Source: Candidatus Micrarchaeota archaeon (GTDB lineage: Archaea > Iainarchaeota > Iainarchaeia > JAADDC01). Taken from it: DNA of 64,000 bases. Each line of letters starts with the position of its first letter. The first letter of the stretch is position 1. Below, piece after piece: positions 19,024 through 28,833 of this stretch. The translations under genes and the position numbers were made by a program. The DNA lies in NCBI GenBank assembly GCA_027046625.1, contig JALTXX010000004.1:1698-65697 (forward strand), read 5' to 3'. The notes beneath the pieces are model-generated. The model saw only the letters and a list, made by a program, of their open reading frames with translations. It had not been told where the DNA came from and made no database searches.

Positions 19024-20112
19024 ATGAGGGGGCCTCGTGAGGTGGTAAACGTGGAAGCCATGGTGAGAGAGGCGTTGGGAAAAGATGCACAAACACCCAA
19101 GAAGGCCGATTTATCGGCCCAACCAAAAATTGTTGTTGTGGGCGTGGGAGGTGCAGGTAACAACATTATAAACAGGATACACCAGATGGGGGTAAAGGGA
19201 GCCCAGCTAGTAGCCATAAACACAGATAGACAACATCTAACAATTATTTCCGATGATATAACAAAGGTTTTGATAGGAGAAGGTGTTACAAGGGGGCTTG
19301 GATCTGGAGGATCTCCAGAGATTGGTAGAAAGGCTGCGGAGGTTAGCAGACAGACTCTACAGCAGATACTTGGAGGGTCTGATCTGGTATTTGTAGTAGC
19401 AGGCATGGGAGGAGGTACAGGTACGGGAGCGGCTCCTGTTGTTGCACAGATAGCAAGGGAAGCCGGTGCTCTGGTAATATCCATGGTAACCTATCCGTTC
19501 AGGCTAGAAAGGGCAAGAATGGAAAAAGCGGATCAGGGTATTATGGAACTTGCCAAGACAAGCGATACTGTTATCGTAATCGATAACAACAGGTTGGTAG
19601 AGCTTGTTCCCAATCTACCCATGCAGGATGCGTTTAGATTGGCAGATACTGTCATTGCAAGAACCATACAGGGTATTACAGAAACCATAACAGTTCCATC
19701 CCTCATAAATCTTGACTATGCAGACCTTAGGTCTATTATGACAAGCGGTGGACTGTCAGTGATATCTGTGGGAGAGGGTAGAGGTGTAAATAAGGTAAAC
19801 GATGTGGTAGAGGATGTGCTAAAGAATACATTACTTGACATCAACACAGAAGGTGCTAAAGGAGTGCTTATCCACATTACAGGAGGCCAGGATCTCACCA
19901 TAGGAGAGGCAAACGCCATAGGAGAGCTCCTCACAGAAAAGGTAGATCCCAATGCACAAGTAATACTGGGTGCTCGTATAGATCCCAACTTTGAGGACAT
20001 GGTACAGGTAATAGCCATCTTTACGGGTGTTCAGAGCCCCTACATAAAGAGCCCTGTTGCCTCCAGCCAGTACAGTGAAGTACCAAACCTAGAAATTGAC
20101 TATCTCAGATAA
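19024..20112 (+). CDS. ftsZ: Cell division GTPase FtsZ
   Basis: Tubulin/FtsZ signature GGGTGTG (AGMGGGTGTGAAPVVA), GVGGAGNN GTP-binding N-terminus, 362 aa. Confidence 0.95.
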   Translation: MRGPREVVNVEAMVREALGKDAQTPKKADLSAQPKIVVVGVGGAGNNIINRIHQMGVKGAQLVAINTDRQHLTIISDDITKVLIGEGVTRGLGSGGSPEIGRKAAEVSRQTLQQILGGSDLVFVVAGMGGGTGTGAAPVVAQIAREAGALVISMVTYPFRLERARMEKADQGIMELAKTSDTVIVIDNNRLVELVPNLPMQDAFRLADTVIARTIQGITETITVPSLINLDYADLRSIMTSGGLSVISVGEGRGVNKVNDVVEDVLKNTLLDINTEGAKGVLIHITGGQDLTIGEANAIGELLTEKVDPNAQVILGARIDPNFEDMVQVIAIFTGVQSPYIKSPVASSQYSEVPNLEIDYLR

Positions 20113-21295
20113 ACCAAGGAAGTATGTTGATTGCAAGGAGGAGTGAGGCTGCAAGCTTTAGCAACCTTGCATTTATTCTTCTTCTTTTCTCTAAATCTTC
20201 AATGGCTTGGCCTCCATCTAGTATAGAGAAGGGGAGGGCATTTACCACAGCCACCATAATATTTAAGAGGGAGAAAATTAGGAGAAACGAAAGGAGGAAC
20301 GATAGAACACTATACTCCAGAGGTGGGCTCTCTCTCCATGCTACCTGACCACCCTTAACTCCCAGATAGCCCTTGTTTTCTATGGAAAAGGATATCAATT
20401 CTCCTCCCCTCAGTACTAAGATATTTAACTCTTTAGCATCGGAGTGGAGCACCTCTATTATATCCCCTATGGTGTACACATTCTTCTCGTTGATAGATAC
20501 TATAACATCCCCGGGAGATAGCAGTCCCTTAACAAGGGAGGGGAGCGCCTTTCCATTTATTTCTATGGTATCAGGTACTTCAAGTACCTTCACTCCCAGC
20601 GCATGGTTCTGAAGTATCTTCTCCATGTATGGGGAAACCACTATTCCCATTCCTATTAGGAGGATTGTAGACAAAATGAAGGCTACAGTATTGGCAAAGG
20701 GACCCGCAGCAATAACCTTTACCCTATCCTCTGGGGATGAGGCTAGAAACTTCTTTTCATTTGGTTGAACGTATGCGGCAACAGGAATAATGCCCAAAAT
20801 TACCATGGCAGCATCCTGCAAACCCATCCCCCTTCTCAGGGCAACCACACCATGAGCACCCTCATGTATGAGAAAGATCAGAAGGATGGAGAGCCACCCC
20901 TCCACAAATGGTATGTAAAAGGGGCCCACCTCCACCCCTGGAATGACAGGGCCTACCCCAGGAAGCGGATTTCCCCCCGTAAAATAGGTATACAGAATAT
21001 TCCAAGCGGAGGATGCAAGTAGATAGAAGGCCGCGCCCATAAGCCCAAATAGAAGGGTAAGCATGGACGCTAGGGGCCCTCCTACCATTAGAAGAGAGGC
21101 GGGGATAAGAACTAGCAGACCCTTTTTTACATCTCCACCCACATACCTTCCTAGGAGCGGACCAAAAAGGAGTATAGGGCCTGCCTCCTCCATAAAAGAT
21201 ACAAACTTGCTTCTCGAAATATGTTTTAGCATGCCAATAAATCCGTTCCACCGAATAAAGAACAGCAGCAAATACTTTCTTTCCACTGATATCAT
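20105..21295 (-). CDS. Site-2 protease (M50 family) with PDZ domain
   Basis: HEGAH zinc motif in a transmembrane segment, PDZ segment (SPGDVIVSINEKNVYTIGDIIEVLH), LDGG motif near the C-terminus, 396 aa. Confidence 0.85.
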   Translation of the reverse strand: MISVERKYLLLFFIRWNGFIGMLKHISRSKFVSFMEEAGPILLFGPLLGRYVGGDVKKGLLVLIPASLLMVGGPLASMLTLLFGLMGAAFYLLASSAWNILYTYFTGGNPLPGVGPVIPGVEVGPFYIPFVEGWLSILLIFLIHEGAHGVVALRRGMGLQDAAMVILGIIPVAAYVQPNEKKFLASSPEDRVKVIAAGPFANTVAFILSTILLIGMGIVVSPYMEKILQNHALGVKVLEVPDTIEINGKALPSLVKGLLSPGDVIVSINEKNVYTIGDIIEVLHSDAKELNILVLRGGELISFSIENKGYLGVKGGQVAWRESPPLEYSVLSFLLSFLLIFSLLNIMVAVVNALPFSILDGGQAIEDLEKRRRINARLLKLAASLLLAINILPWFI

Positions 21296-21708
21296 CGTAC
21301 TCTCACCACATCACCCAGAGTGAGGGTAAAATCATTTTTATGTGGTACGTATTCTTCCTCCTCTACAATGCTTATTTCTAACACCTCCTCTAGTTTTCGG
21401 GCCTGTTCAATGGTGGGATAGATGCGTTCCTCCTCCATCCCCTTTAACACCTTTGGAGGTATACTCACAAGCTTTGAGAGCTCTTCCAAAGAGTAGCCCT
21501 TTCTTTTCCTTCCCTCTCGTATCCTCTCGCCGAACCCGATTACAAGATTCGCATAGGTTTCTTTCCTGCTACCTTCCTTTCTTTTTACGGAGGATATTAC
21601 TGTTCCCCTTTCTGCACATCGTTCACATACCGTCAATCTGGCTCCTTCCACCTCTATAAGGTAGCCTTTTTCTATGGGGGTACCGCACATCTCGCAGTAC
21701 ATGGCCAC
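21292..21708 (-). CDS. Archaeal multiprotein-bridging factor 1 homologue (aMBF1; Zn-ribbon + HTH)
   Basis: N-terminal C-x2-C...C-x2-C ribbon (CEMCG...CERCAERG) and C-terminal XRE-type HTH (YSLEELSKLVSIPPKVLKGMEEERIYPTIEQARKLEEVL). Overlaps the S2P gene by 4 nt. Confidence 0.7.
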   Translation of the reverse strand: MAMYCEMCGTPIEKGYLIEVEGARLTVCERCAERGTVISSVKRKEGSRKETYANLVIGFGERIREGRKRKGYSLEELSKLVSIPPKVLKGMEEERIYPTIEQARKLEEVLEISIVEEEEYVPHKNDFTLTLGDVVRVR

Positions 21709-21741
21709 TTTATAAATGGGTGTGGAATTAATATAGTCTTA

Positions 21742-22833
21742 ATGGATAACAACGATGTAGACGTAATATCCCGGCTCGAGGCCCAAACCTTCCACCTACA
21801 AAGGAAGTATACAGAGCTGCTCAGGGAACTCCAGAGGATAAAGCAACCTCCCCTTGTGGTAGGAACGGTAGTGGATGTTTTGGGAGACAGAGCCATTGTT
21901 AGACATCCCAACGGTAACCAGTTCCTTGTTCCTGTTATGAGGGAGCTCATACCCCACATAAGGGTTGGTCAGCGGGTAGCACTCTCCCAACAGAACCTTG
22001 CAGTGGTGGAAATACTACCTCCAGAGAGGGATGAAAGAGTACAGGCGTTTGAGGTAATAGAAAGGCCTTCCGTGAGATACGACGATGTTGGTGGTCTAAA
22101 AAAGGTAATAGAAGAGCTGAAAGAAGTTGTGGAACTTCCACTTACAAGACCAGACCTGTTTAAGGAGATGGGTATCTCCCCTCCCAAGGGAGTGCTTCTG
22201 TATGGACCTCCTGGTACTGGCAAAACATTGCTTGCAAAGGCGGTGGCAGGGGAGAGCAACGCCGCTTTTGTGCACGTGGTAGGTTCCGAACTTGTACAGA
22301 AGTACATAGGGGAAGGAGCCAAACTTGTGAGGGATCTCTTTTCCCTTGTAAGGGAAAAGGCTCCGTCCATACTTTTCATTGATGAAATAGACGCTATAGG
22401 AGGCATAAGAACGGATGCAGGATCTGGAGGGGAGAGGGAGGTCCAGAGAACACTAATGCAATTGCTGGCAGAGATGGACGGGTTCAAACCATTGGAAGGT
22501 GTTGTGGTGATGGCGGCTACCAACAGGCCGGACATCCTTGATCCCGCCCTCCTAAGGCCCGGGAGGTTTGATAGACAGATCTTTGTACCTCCTCCGGACA
22601 AGGAGGGAAGAAAGGATATCTTCAGAGTGTTACTAAAGAAGGTAAAGACAAGAAAGTTGGATCTAGATGTGCTAGCCCAGGAAACAAAAGGATTTACGGG
22701 AGCTGATATAAGAAAGGTGATCATGGACGCCGCAATGGCAGCAGTAAAGAGGGGTAGAAGCTACATTACCATGGAAGATCTACTAGGCGTAATAGAAAGA
22801 AGGAGGGAGGAGATAAGCCCTCACTTTGGGTGA
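21742..22833 (+). CDS. pan: Proteasome-activating nucleotidase-like AAA+ ATPase (PAN)
   Basis: N-terminal coiled coil, OB segment ([25 protein letters not shown]), Walker A GPPGTGKT, second region of homology [20 protein letters not shown]. The C-terminus ends PHFG with no HbYX. Confidence 0.8.
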   Translation: MDNNDVDVISRLEAQTFHLQRKYTELLRELQRIKQPPLVVGTVVDVLGDRAIVRHPNGNQFLVPVMRELIPHIRVGQRVALSQQNLAVVEILPPERDERVQAFEVIERPSVRYDDVGGLKKVIEELKEVVELPLTRPDLFKEMGISPPKGVLLYGPPGTGKTLLAKAVAGESNAAFVHVVGSELVQKYIGEGAKLVRDLFSLVREKAPSILFIDEIDAIGGIRTDAGSGGEREVQRTLMQLLAEMDGFKPLEGVVVMAATNRPDILDPALLRPGRFDRQIFVPPPDKEGRKDIFRVLLKKVKTRKLDLDVLAQETKGFTGADIRKVIMDAAMAAVKRGRSYITMEDLLGVIERRREEISPHFG

Positions 22834-23863
22834 TACCTTGGGTGTACCCCTCGGACCTATCCTTGAAAAGGAGGAGAAAGAGCTAGAATGGTTCAGATCT
22901 AAGTTTGTAGCTCTTGATGGATTCAACACGCTCTACCAATTCATCTCCGTTATAAGACAGCCAGATGGTACTCCTCTCATGGATAGCAGGGGTAGGATAA
23001 CATCTCATCTTTCCGGAGTATTCTACAGAACCATTAGGCTGCTAGAACACGGTATAAGGGTGGTATATGTGTTTGACGGAGAGCCACCCTCTTTCAAGAT
23101 GAAAGAGATAGAGGAGCGTCAGGAGAGAAGATTGGAGGCTGAGAGTAAGTGGGTGGAGGCTCTTAGAAAGGGTGATATAGAAGAGGCCAGAAAGTATGCA
23201 ATGCAAGCATCAAGACTAGAGAGTGGGATGGTTTCCGACGCTAAAGAACTTCTTTCCGCCATGGGGATTCCATATGTGGACGCACCCTCAGAGGGGGAGG
23301 CTCAGGCAGCCTACATGGCAAGAAAGGGAGATGTGTGGGCTGCAGCTTCTCAAGACTACGATGCGGTTCTCTTTGGAGCCCCCAGACTCGTAAGAAACCT
23401 TGCCATAACAGGTAAAAGGAAGCTACCAGGCAAAAATGTATACGTGGATGTAAAACCTGAGCTCATAGAGCTAGAAAAAGTGTTGACAAAGCTTAATCTT
23501 GATAGAAGAAGGCTAATATGGGTAGGGTTGCTACTGGGGACAGACTATAATGAAAAGGTTAAGGGTGTTGGGCCAAAAAGGGCCCTTGAGATGGTTAGAT
23601 CTTATTCCTCCGTGGAAGAGCTAGCTATAAGTGTTAACCAGGATCCCGAATTGTGGAAGAAGATAGAGGCGTTCTTCCTAGATCCTCCCCATACAGACGA
23701 TTACTCCCTCTCCTTCAAAGAACCCGATCCAGATAGAATCATTGAATTTCTCGTAGAGGAACATGACTTTAGCAGAGAGAGGGTGGAAAAAGGGGTTTCA
23801 AAGCTCCTTGAAGTGACGCCCGCAAAGGGATCCCAATCATCCTTGGAGGTGTGGCTAGGATGA
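22826..23863 (+). CDS. fen: Flap endonuclease 1 (FEN-1)
   Basis: XPG-N/XPG-I organisation ([11 protein letters not shown]...VYVFDGEPP...[18 protein letters not shown]...), 345 aa, overlapping the pan stop by 8 nt. Confidence 0.9.
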   Translation: MGDTLGVPLGPILEKEEKELEWFRSKFVALDGFNTLYQFISVIRQPDGTPLMDSRGRITSHLSGVFYRTIRLLEHGIRVVYVFDGEPPSFKMKEIEERQERRLEAESKWVEALRKGDIEEARKYAMQASRLESGMVSDAKELLSAMGIPYVDAPSEGEAQAAYMARKGDVWAAASQDYDAVLFGAPRLVRNLAITGKRKLPGKNVYVDVKPELIELEKVLTKLNLDRRRLIWVGLLLGTDYNEKVKGVGPKRALEMVRSYSSVEELAISVNQDPELWKKIEAFFLDPPHTDDYSLSFKEPDPDRIIEFLVEEHDFSRERVEKGVSKLLEVTPAKGSQSSLEVWLG

Positions 23864-24816
23864 GGGGCTTGTACACACCTCTCATAGGATTTTTGGTGCT
23901 ATCCATCGCGGTAGTGGTAGGAGCCTTCCTCTTTTCTGGTGAAATGGATAACCTTAGCAGACTTGCTACCTACTTCAGGGATAATGCTGTGTTAACCTAT
24001 ACTGAGATTGCGTCTTCAGACATCTCCTCGGAGATGCATTCCTACATAAGGAACAGAGTGTACGAGGGAGTTGAAGGATATGAAAGGGAGGAGATAAAAA
24101 ACTGGATTAAAAACAACATAAGAACATGGATATATGACTACGCGCGTTCTTTGGAGAGGAGAGAAAACATTGAAGACGTGCGGGTGAGATTAGGGGATGT
24201 AAGGATAGTAGAGAAGGACTACGGACTGCAGATAGATCCAAACACAGAATTAGAAGTGGACTACAGAACTGATAGGGGCACGTCTACCCTTAAGATAAGG
24301 GTATCGCCCTTTTCCTTATTCCTCCCCGATAATGAAACTTTGGAAGAGAGTAGAAACGAGATATCTAGTGGTGTAGAGAAGGAGCTAGATGGTGAGGGTA
24401 TTCTAAAGCCGGACAAACTAGAAAATTTAAAAAAGAAGCTAGAGGAAAAAGGGTGGAAGAATGTGGAGATAAGGAATAAGAAGATAAAAAAGGTAAAGAT
24501 ATGCAAAAGAAATGGAGCAGAGCTGGAGGAGGCAATAATATCTTTTGAGGTGTGTGCAGGTGTAAAGGAGTGGAACCCCCCTGGCATGGAGGAGATAAAG
24601 AAAAAACCCAGAGTGTGTAAGAAATTCTCCTTTTCGGCTCCTAATGCATTGGTAAGAATAGGGGGTAAAGAGTACAAGGTAGATAGCTGTAACGAGGTGG
24701 AGTGGGAGGAAGAAGATGGGTGTATAAAGGTAAAAATAAGAGGTGAAGAAAAGGCTACTCTTTGCGTAGTGGGATCTCCCTCACATCCTCGGGAAGGTAC
24801 TTCCACAACACCCTAG
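23851..24816 (+). CDS. Membrane-anchored hypothetical protein with class III-like signal peptide and Cys-containing C-terminal half
   Basis: N-terminus MARMRG|[20 protein letters not shown] resembles prepilin-type signals. The C-terminal region has a set of conserved-looking Cys residues. Overlaps FEN-1 by 13 nt and serS (convergent) by 62 nt. Confidence 0.45.
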   Translation: MARMRGLYTPLIGFLVLSIAVVVGAFLFSGEMDNLSRLATYFRDNAVLTYTEIASSDISSEMHSYIRNRVYEGVEGYEREEIKNWIKNNIRTWIYDYARSLERRENIEDVRVRLGDVRIVEKDYGLQIDPNTELEVDYRTDRGTSTLKIRVSPFSLFLPDNETLEESRNEISSGVEKELDGEGILKPDKLENLKKKLEEKGWKNVEIRNKKIKKVKICKRNGAELEEAIISFEVCAGVKEWNPPGMEEIKKKPRVCKKFSFSAPNALVRIGGKEYKVDSCNEVEWEEEDGCIKVKIRGEEKATLCVVGSPSHPREGTSTTP

Positions 24817-26104
24817 GTATTCTAACCACCTCCCCATCGAAGTGGTTCTCTAGTATGGCGGTTGCCACCCTCTGTACCGCCAAAGCTGTAGCGTTGAGTG
24901 TGTGGACAAAGTCTGTGGTGCCATCCTTCTTTCTATATCTTATGTTAAGTCTTCTTGCCTGCCAGTCGAGGCAGTTGGATCCTGATACAAGCTCTCTATA
25001 TTTACCCTGTCCAGGGAACCAGCCCTCTATGTCATACTTCCTTGCGGCTACAGGGCCAAGATCTCCTGAGGAGATGTCCACCACTCTATAGGGTATATCA
25101 AGATCCTTTAGTATTTCCTCAGCATTGGATATGAGGAATTCGTGCTCCTTCCAGGAATCCTCTGGATACACATAGGAAAATTGTTCCACCTTGTGGAATT
25201 GATGTACCCTGAAAATACCTTTTGTATCCTTCCCGTGGGAACCTGCCTCCTTCCTGAAGCAGGGGCTCCATCCTACATACCTTCTTGGAAGCTCGCCCAC
25301 CTCAAAAATTTCATCTGCATGATAGCCTGCTATGGCGTGTTCCGCTGTAGGTATGAGGTAGAGATCCTCCCCCTCTATCTTGTATATGGTATCCTCAAAG
25401 TCTGTAAAGTAGGTGGATCCCTCTTCCACAAATCTCCTCATCATGTATGGAGGTATAAGCGGTGTAAATCCTTTTCTCATCAACTTTTCAAGTGCATACA
25501 TAGACAGAGCCAGATCTAAAAATACAAGGTGATTCTTTTCATAGTAGAAACGGCTCCCTGATGTTTTTGATGCCCTCTCTGTATCTGCAATATCCAGCAT
25601 CTCCACAAGATCATAGTGATGGTAGGGTTTTTCCTCCACCAGTTCATAATCTACCTCCAACCCTCCTGTCTGTTCTTTGAACTGCTCTACATACCCCTTC
25701 CACACTTTGGGTCTGCCCCAGAATCTAACAGGTTTGTTATATGTGTCATCTGGTCCTATAGGGATGTCTGGATGTAGAAGGTTTGGAAGTAGCTTTAGTT
25801 TCTCCTCAAGCTCCTTCTTTAGGGCTTTTTCCCTCTCCTCAAGCTCCTCCACCTTCTTAGATACACGGGCTGCCTCCTCCTTGAGAGAAGATACATCCTC
25901 TCCCTGTGAGGATAGTTCGCCTATCTTCTTAGAAAGTTCATTTCTAAGTCTCCTAAGCTCGTTAAGTTCCTTTAATAGATCCCTCCACTTTATATCAAGT
26001 TCTCTTACCTCATCCACAAGGGGTATAAGATCCTCCATGTATCGCTTTTTTAGCACCTCCTTAACAAGGTCTGGATTTTCCCTTATTAGACGTATGTCCA
26101 ACAT
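24755..26104 (-). CDS. serS: Seryl-tRNA synthetase
   Basis: N-terminal coiled-coil arm (MLDIRLIRENPDL...) and class II catalytic core, 449 aa. Confidence 0.9.
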   Translation of the reverse strand: MLDIRLIRENPDLVKEVLKKRYMEDLIPLVDEVRELDIKWRDLLKELNELRRLRNELSKKIGELSSQGEDVSSLKEEAARVSKKVEELEEREKALKKELEEKLKLLPNLLHPDIPIGPDDTYNKPVRFWGRPKVWKGYVEQFKEQTGGLEVDYELVEEKPYHHYDLVEMLDIADTERASKTSGSRFYYEKNHLVFLDLALSMYALEKLMRKGFTPLIPPYMMRRFVEEGSTYFTDFEDTIYKIEGEDLYLIPTAEHAIAGYHADEIFEVGELPRRYVGWSPCFRKEAGSHGKDTKGIFRVHQFHKVEQFSYVYPEDSWKEHEFLISNAEEILKDLDIPYRVVDISSGDLGPVAARKYDIEGWFPGQGKYRELVSGSNCLDWQARRLNIRYRKKDGTTDFVHTLNATALAVQRVATAILENHFDGEVVRIPRVLWKYLPEDVREIPLRKE

Positions 26105-26109
26105 AGGTG

Positions 26110-27000
26110 TTATAGGTGCTTAGAAAAGAGTAAAAAGAGTGCTACCAAAAGGACAGCGACTGCCACAATCCACCACATACTATTCTCCTCCATCCTCTTC
26201 TCTTTATAGAAACTACAGTCTCCTACACTTCCTTCCACAACCACCGGGTTATCTGCAGAGAAAACGTAATACATTCCATCCCGTACAAACTCATACTTCC
26301 CATTTACCCTTACATTTGGCACATAGGCTGGTGCATCTCCCACATACACCACAAACTCCCCGTTTACCTTTCCCCCATCCATCACAAGATTCCTGAATTC
26401 TACTCTCACATTGCATGTACCTAGCCTCACAACCTCTGTTGATAGTTGAGGCGGAAGGATGCTCTTTACCCTGTAGGAAAGGGTTATTTCCTCATTTTTA
26501 TCCAGGGAAACCAGCCACACCACTACTGGATCAAAGTTTAGGATGGCGTGGAACGCTTGCAGATTTATCTCTCCCTTGGGCACATTCTCCTCAACATAGT
26601 ACAACCCTTTTTCCTCCGCCCTCAGGTAAATATTTACCCGGTAAAAGTTTCCTTCTCGTTCTATCTCCTTGGAAACAATGATAGTATTCTCCTCCTTTAC
26701 CACTTTTCTTGGTTCTATCCAGATAATGTTTCCTTCCCATCTACCCATCAGGTTTTCTGTCACAAAAAAGGGCTCTCCCTTGGTAAGTTTGTCCACAATA
26801 ATGTTTACCTCATCCTGATAGAGATCCAGATTTACATCTTGGGCTATAATGTTCACAAGGAGGAGCAGCCATATCACACTCCCATAACGCAGAGGAAGTA
26901 TATAAATTCGATGGGCGTCGAAGGTGGGAAATACATTTATAGGGTTTATTCCCATCGCTCCTTCCATGACACTTGTGGTACTAGTGGATGAAAATGACAA
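26110..27000 (-). CDS. Secreted hypothetical protein with C-terminal transmembrane anchor
   Basis: Internal signal-like segment RYGSVIWLLLLVNIIAQDV, beta-rich body, and C-terminal MWWIVAVAVLLVALFLLFSKHL anchor. The true start is probably downstream of 27000. Confidence 0.45.
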   Translation of the reverse strand: MSFSSTSTTSVMEGAMGINPINVFPTFDAHRIYILPLRYGSVIWLLLLVNIIAQDVNLDLYQDEVNIIVDKLTKGEPFFVTENLMGRWEGNIIWIEPRKVVKEENTIIVSKEIEREGNFYRVNIYLRAEEKGLYYVEENVPKGEINLQAFHAILNFDPVVVWLVSLDKNEEITLSYRVKSILPPQLSTEVVRLGTCNVRVEFRNLVMDGGKVNGEFVVYVGDAPAYVPNVRVNGKYEFVRDGMYYVFSADNPVVVEGSVGDCSFYKEKRMEENSMWWIVAVAVLLVALFLLFSKHL

Positions 27001-27487
27001 CCCCGTCGGTGTGATGGAAAAATTAGAGGCTCACAAAAGGGGTGGAACTCTCCATAGAGCATTCTCTGTGCTTGTGTTCAATGAAAGAGGAGATCTTATG
27101 CTTCAGTTGAGAAGTAAGAAGAAATACCATGCAGGGGGGTTGTGGACAAATACTGTATGTTCCCATCCACTACCGGGAGAGGATGTAACAAAGGCAGCAA
27201 GAAGGAGGTTGATAGAGGAAATGGGATTCACCACCGAGCTTGAAAGGATAGGCTCCTTTATCTACAGGGCAGATGTAGGTAACGGCCTAACGGAGTATGA
27301 GTATGATCATGTATTGATAGGTTACTACAATGATCCTCCTAACCCAAACCCGGAGGAAGCAGACGGATGGAAATGGATGGCTTTTCAGGATGTACTGGAT
27401 GACGTAGAGAGACATCCACATCTATACACTCCTTGGTTTAGGATACTCCTGGAAAAGTTTGGAGATGATATATTGAAAAGGTTGTAG
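26966..27487 (+). CDS. idi: Isopentenyl-diphosphate delta-isomerase, type 1 (Nudix-fold)
   Basis: Motifs RAFSVLVFN, WTNTVCSHP (IDI-1 active-site Cys), EYEYDHV. Start taken at Met15 of the tracked ORF. Confidence 0.75.
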   Translation: MTLVVLVDENDNPVGVMEKLEAHKRGGTLHRAFSVLVFNERGDLMLQLRSKKKYHAGGLWTNTVCSHPLPGEDVTKAARRRLIEEMGFTTELERIGSFIYRADVGNGLTEYEYDHVLIGYYNDPPNPNPEEADGWKWMAFQDVLDDVERHPHLYTPWFRILLEKFGDDILKRL

Positions 27488-27653
27488 CCGGCTGTCCGAG
27501 CGGGGATTCACGGTGCCGGCTTACGCACCAGCGCTCCACCCCGCGGCTCTTGCAGCCGGCAAGATAATTTTTAACTTTAGGGTTTAAATTCCTAAACCAC
27601 TAGGTAAGGAATGCTAACGGAGGAGATAAATATCATCCCCCTATTATGGGAGC

Positions 27654-27884
27654 ATGATAGCCCACTGGAAGAGGCTTCTCAAGAGGCTGGGTATAAACCA
27701 ATTACCCTCCCCATCAGGCTATGAAATCTTCAACGGAACTATAATCTTCTGGTTTGACACGCCAGAGGAGATAAGGAGGGTGCTTCACACATTTAGAGAG
27801 AAGGGTATAAATTATTCTATTGAATGGGATAGAGAAGAAGGCCTTACAGGGGTTGCCCTAAAACGAGAGCTACTATCAGAGTGA
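27654..27884 (+). CDS. Small hypothetical protein (76 aa)
   Basis: Only an intact ORF in an otherwise empty interval. No motif support. Confidence 0.3.
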   Translation: MIAHWKRLLKRLGINQLPSPSGYEIFNGTIIFWFDTPEEIRRVLHTFREKGINYSIEWDREEGLTGVALKRELLSE

Positions 27885-28701
27885 AGAGGGGCAGTGTGGC
27901 GTTGTCATCCACCCTGCTTTTATATTCCACAAAGGGTGCAACTATTCCAATAGAGAGAAGGAGAGGCCACTCATAAAAACCTCTTAGAAGAAAGACAAAC
28001 AAAACACCCCCCACAAAGCCTCCAATCAATCCATACACGCTCTTTTTCTCCGTTCTAAAGATTTTTCCTACCACATAGGATAGCGTGTCCACCGTTGCCA
28101 TTAGAATACCTACTAACGGTCCAATGCCAACCAGAGCTCCGGACAAAAGACCTATGGACAGATAAAGGGGTGCTCTGTCCCTTTCGTTCCTTGCGAAGGC
28201 GTTCCAGAGGAATGATATCATCCTTGCAACAGAAATACCAGCCAGTATTATTATAGCAATGGCAATCTGGTTCACAAACAACATAAAGAATCCTGACAGC
28301 ATTGAAACACCAAAATGAACCATCTTTCTTTCTCTATCTTTGTCCTCTATAAAGTAAAAGATAATATGGGTAAGGAACGCCGTTAATATTCCTCCTATTA
28401 CATCCACAAAGGTGTGGTAACCTTCTACAATCCTCAACAATCCAACAATAACGGCGTAAAGAATAGATAGTGGGTGAGGATAGGAGAAGATGAGGGAAGA
28501 AGCCGCAGCCGTGTGAATGGAGGGAAAGGAGAGGGGATCTATCCCTACCTCCCTTGGTACCCTAAAGACTAGCTTAAGAAGGGCTGCCATACCTCCGGAG
28601 GCGAGAAACAATCCAATCACATACTTGCCTCTACTATTATTCCTCATAAGAAGGTACAGCCCCAACAGGGGAGGGACTATTAGTAATATGTCGCTCAGCA
28701 A
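27844..28701 (-). CDS. PAP2-family membrane phosphatase-like protein
   Basis: Polytopic membrane protein with PAP2-like motifs KLVFRVPRE, SFPSIHTAAAS (PSGH-like) and VEGYHTFVDVIGG (SRx5Hx3D-like). The 5' end abuts tRNA-Cys, so the true start is likely internal. Confidence 0.5.
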   Translation of the reverse strand: MLSDILLIVPPLLGLYLLMRNNSRGKYVIGLFLASGGMAALLKLVFRVPREVGIDPLSFPSIHTAAASSLIFSYPHPLSILYAVIVGLLRIVEGYHTFVDVIGGILTAFLTHIIFYFIEDKDRERKMVHFGVSMLSGFFMLFVNQIAIAIIILAGISVARMISFLWNAFARNERDRAPLYLSIGLLSGALVGIGPLVGILMATVDTLSYVVGKIFRTEKKSVYGLIGGFVGGVLFVFLLRGFYEWPLLLSIGIVAPFVEYKSRVDDNATLPLFTLIVALVLGQPL

Positions 28702-28774
28702 AGCGGGGGGCGGGATTCGAACCCGCGTACACCGGATCTGCAGTCCGGCCCCTCAACCGCTCGGGCACCCCCGC
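28702..28774 (-). tRNA. tRNA-Cys (anticodon GCA)
   Basis: Reverse complement GCGGGGGTGCCCGAGCGGTTGAGGGGCCGGACTGCAGATCCGGTGTACGCGGGTTCGAATCCCGCCCCCCGCT. Anticodon stem CCGGA/TCCGG with loop CTGCAGA. T-loop TTCGAAT. U73 discriminator typical of tRNA-Cys. Confidence 0.8.
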
Positions 28775-28833
28775 ACCTACTTGATAAAGCCTCTGAATGT
28801 TTAAAGAATCATAACCTTTAATTTGACAAACAG

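Noticed and set aside
18912-20018. Minus-strand ORFs 18912..19484 and 19716..20018 antisense to ftsZ
   Set aside because: Antisense artefacts inside a very confidently identified gene. Their P/A/S/T-rich composition mirrors the Gly/Ala-rich FtsZ coding sequence.
21969-22724. Minus-strand 251-aa ORF antisense to the PAN gene
   Set aside because: S/T/P-rich low-complexity product entirely inside the AAA ATPase coding region, with no motif or start context.
27488-27562. A possible fifth tRNA gene, suggested by identical 7-nt ends that could pair as an acceptor stem
   Set aside because: No T-arm (GTTC/TTCGAA-like) and no anticodon stem-loop could be drawn on either strand. Kept only as an unclassified structured element in the findings.
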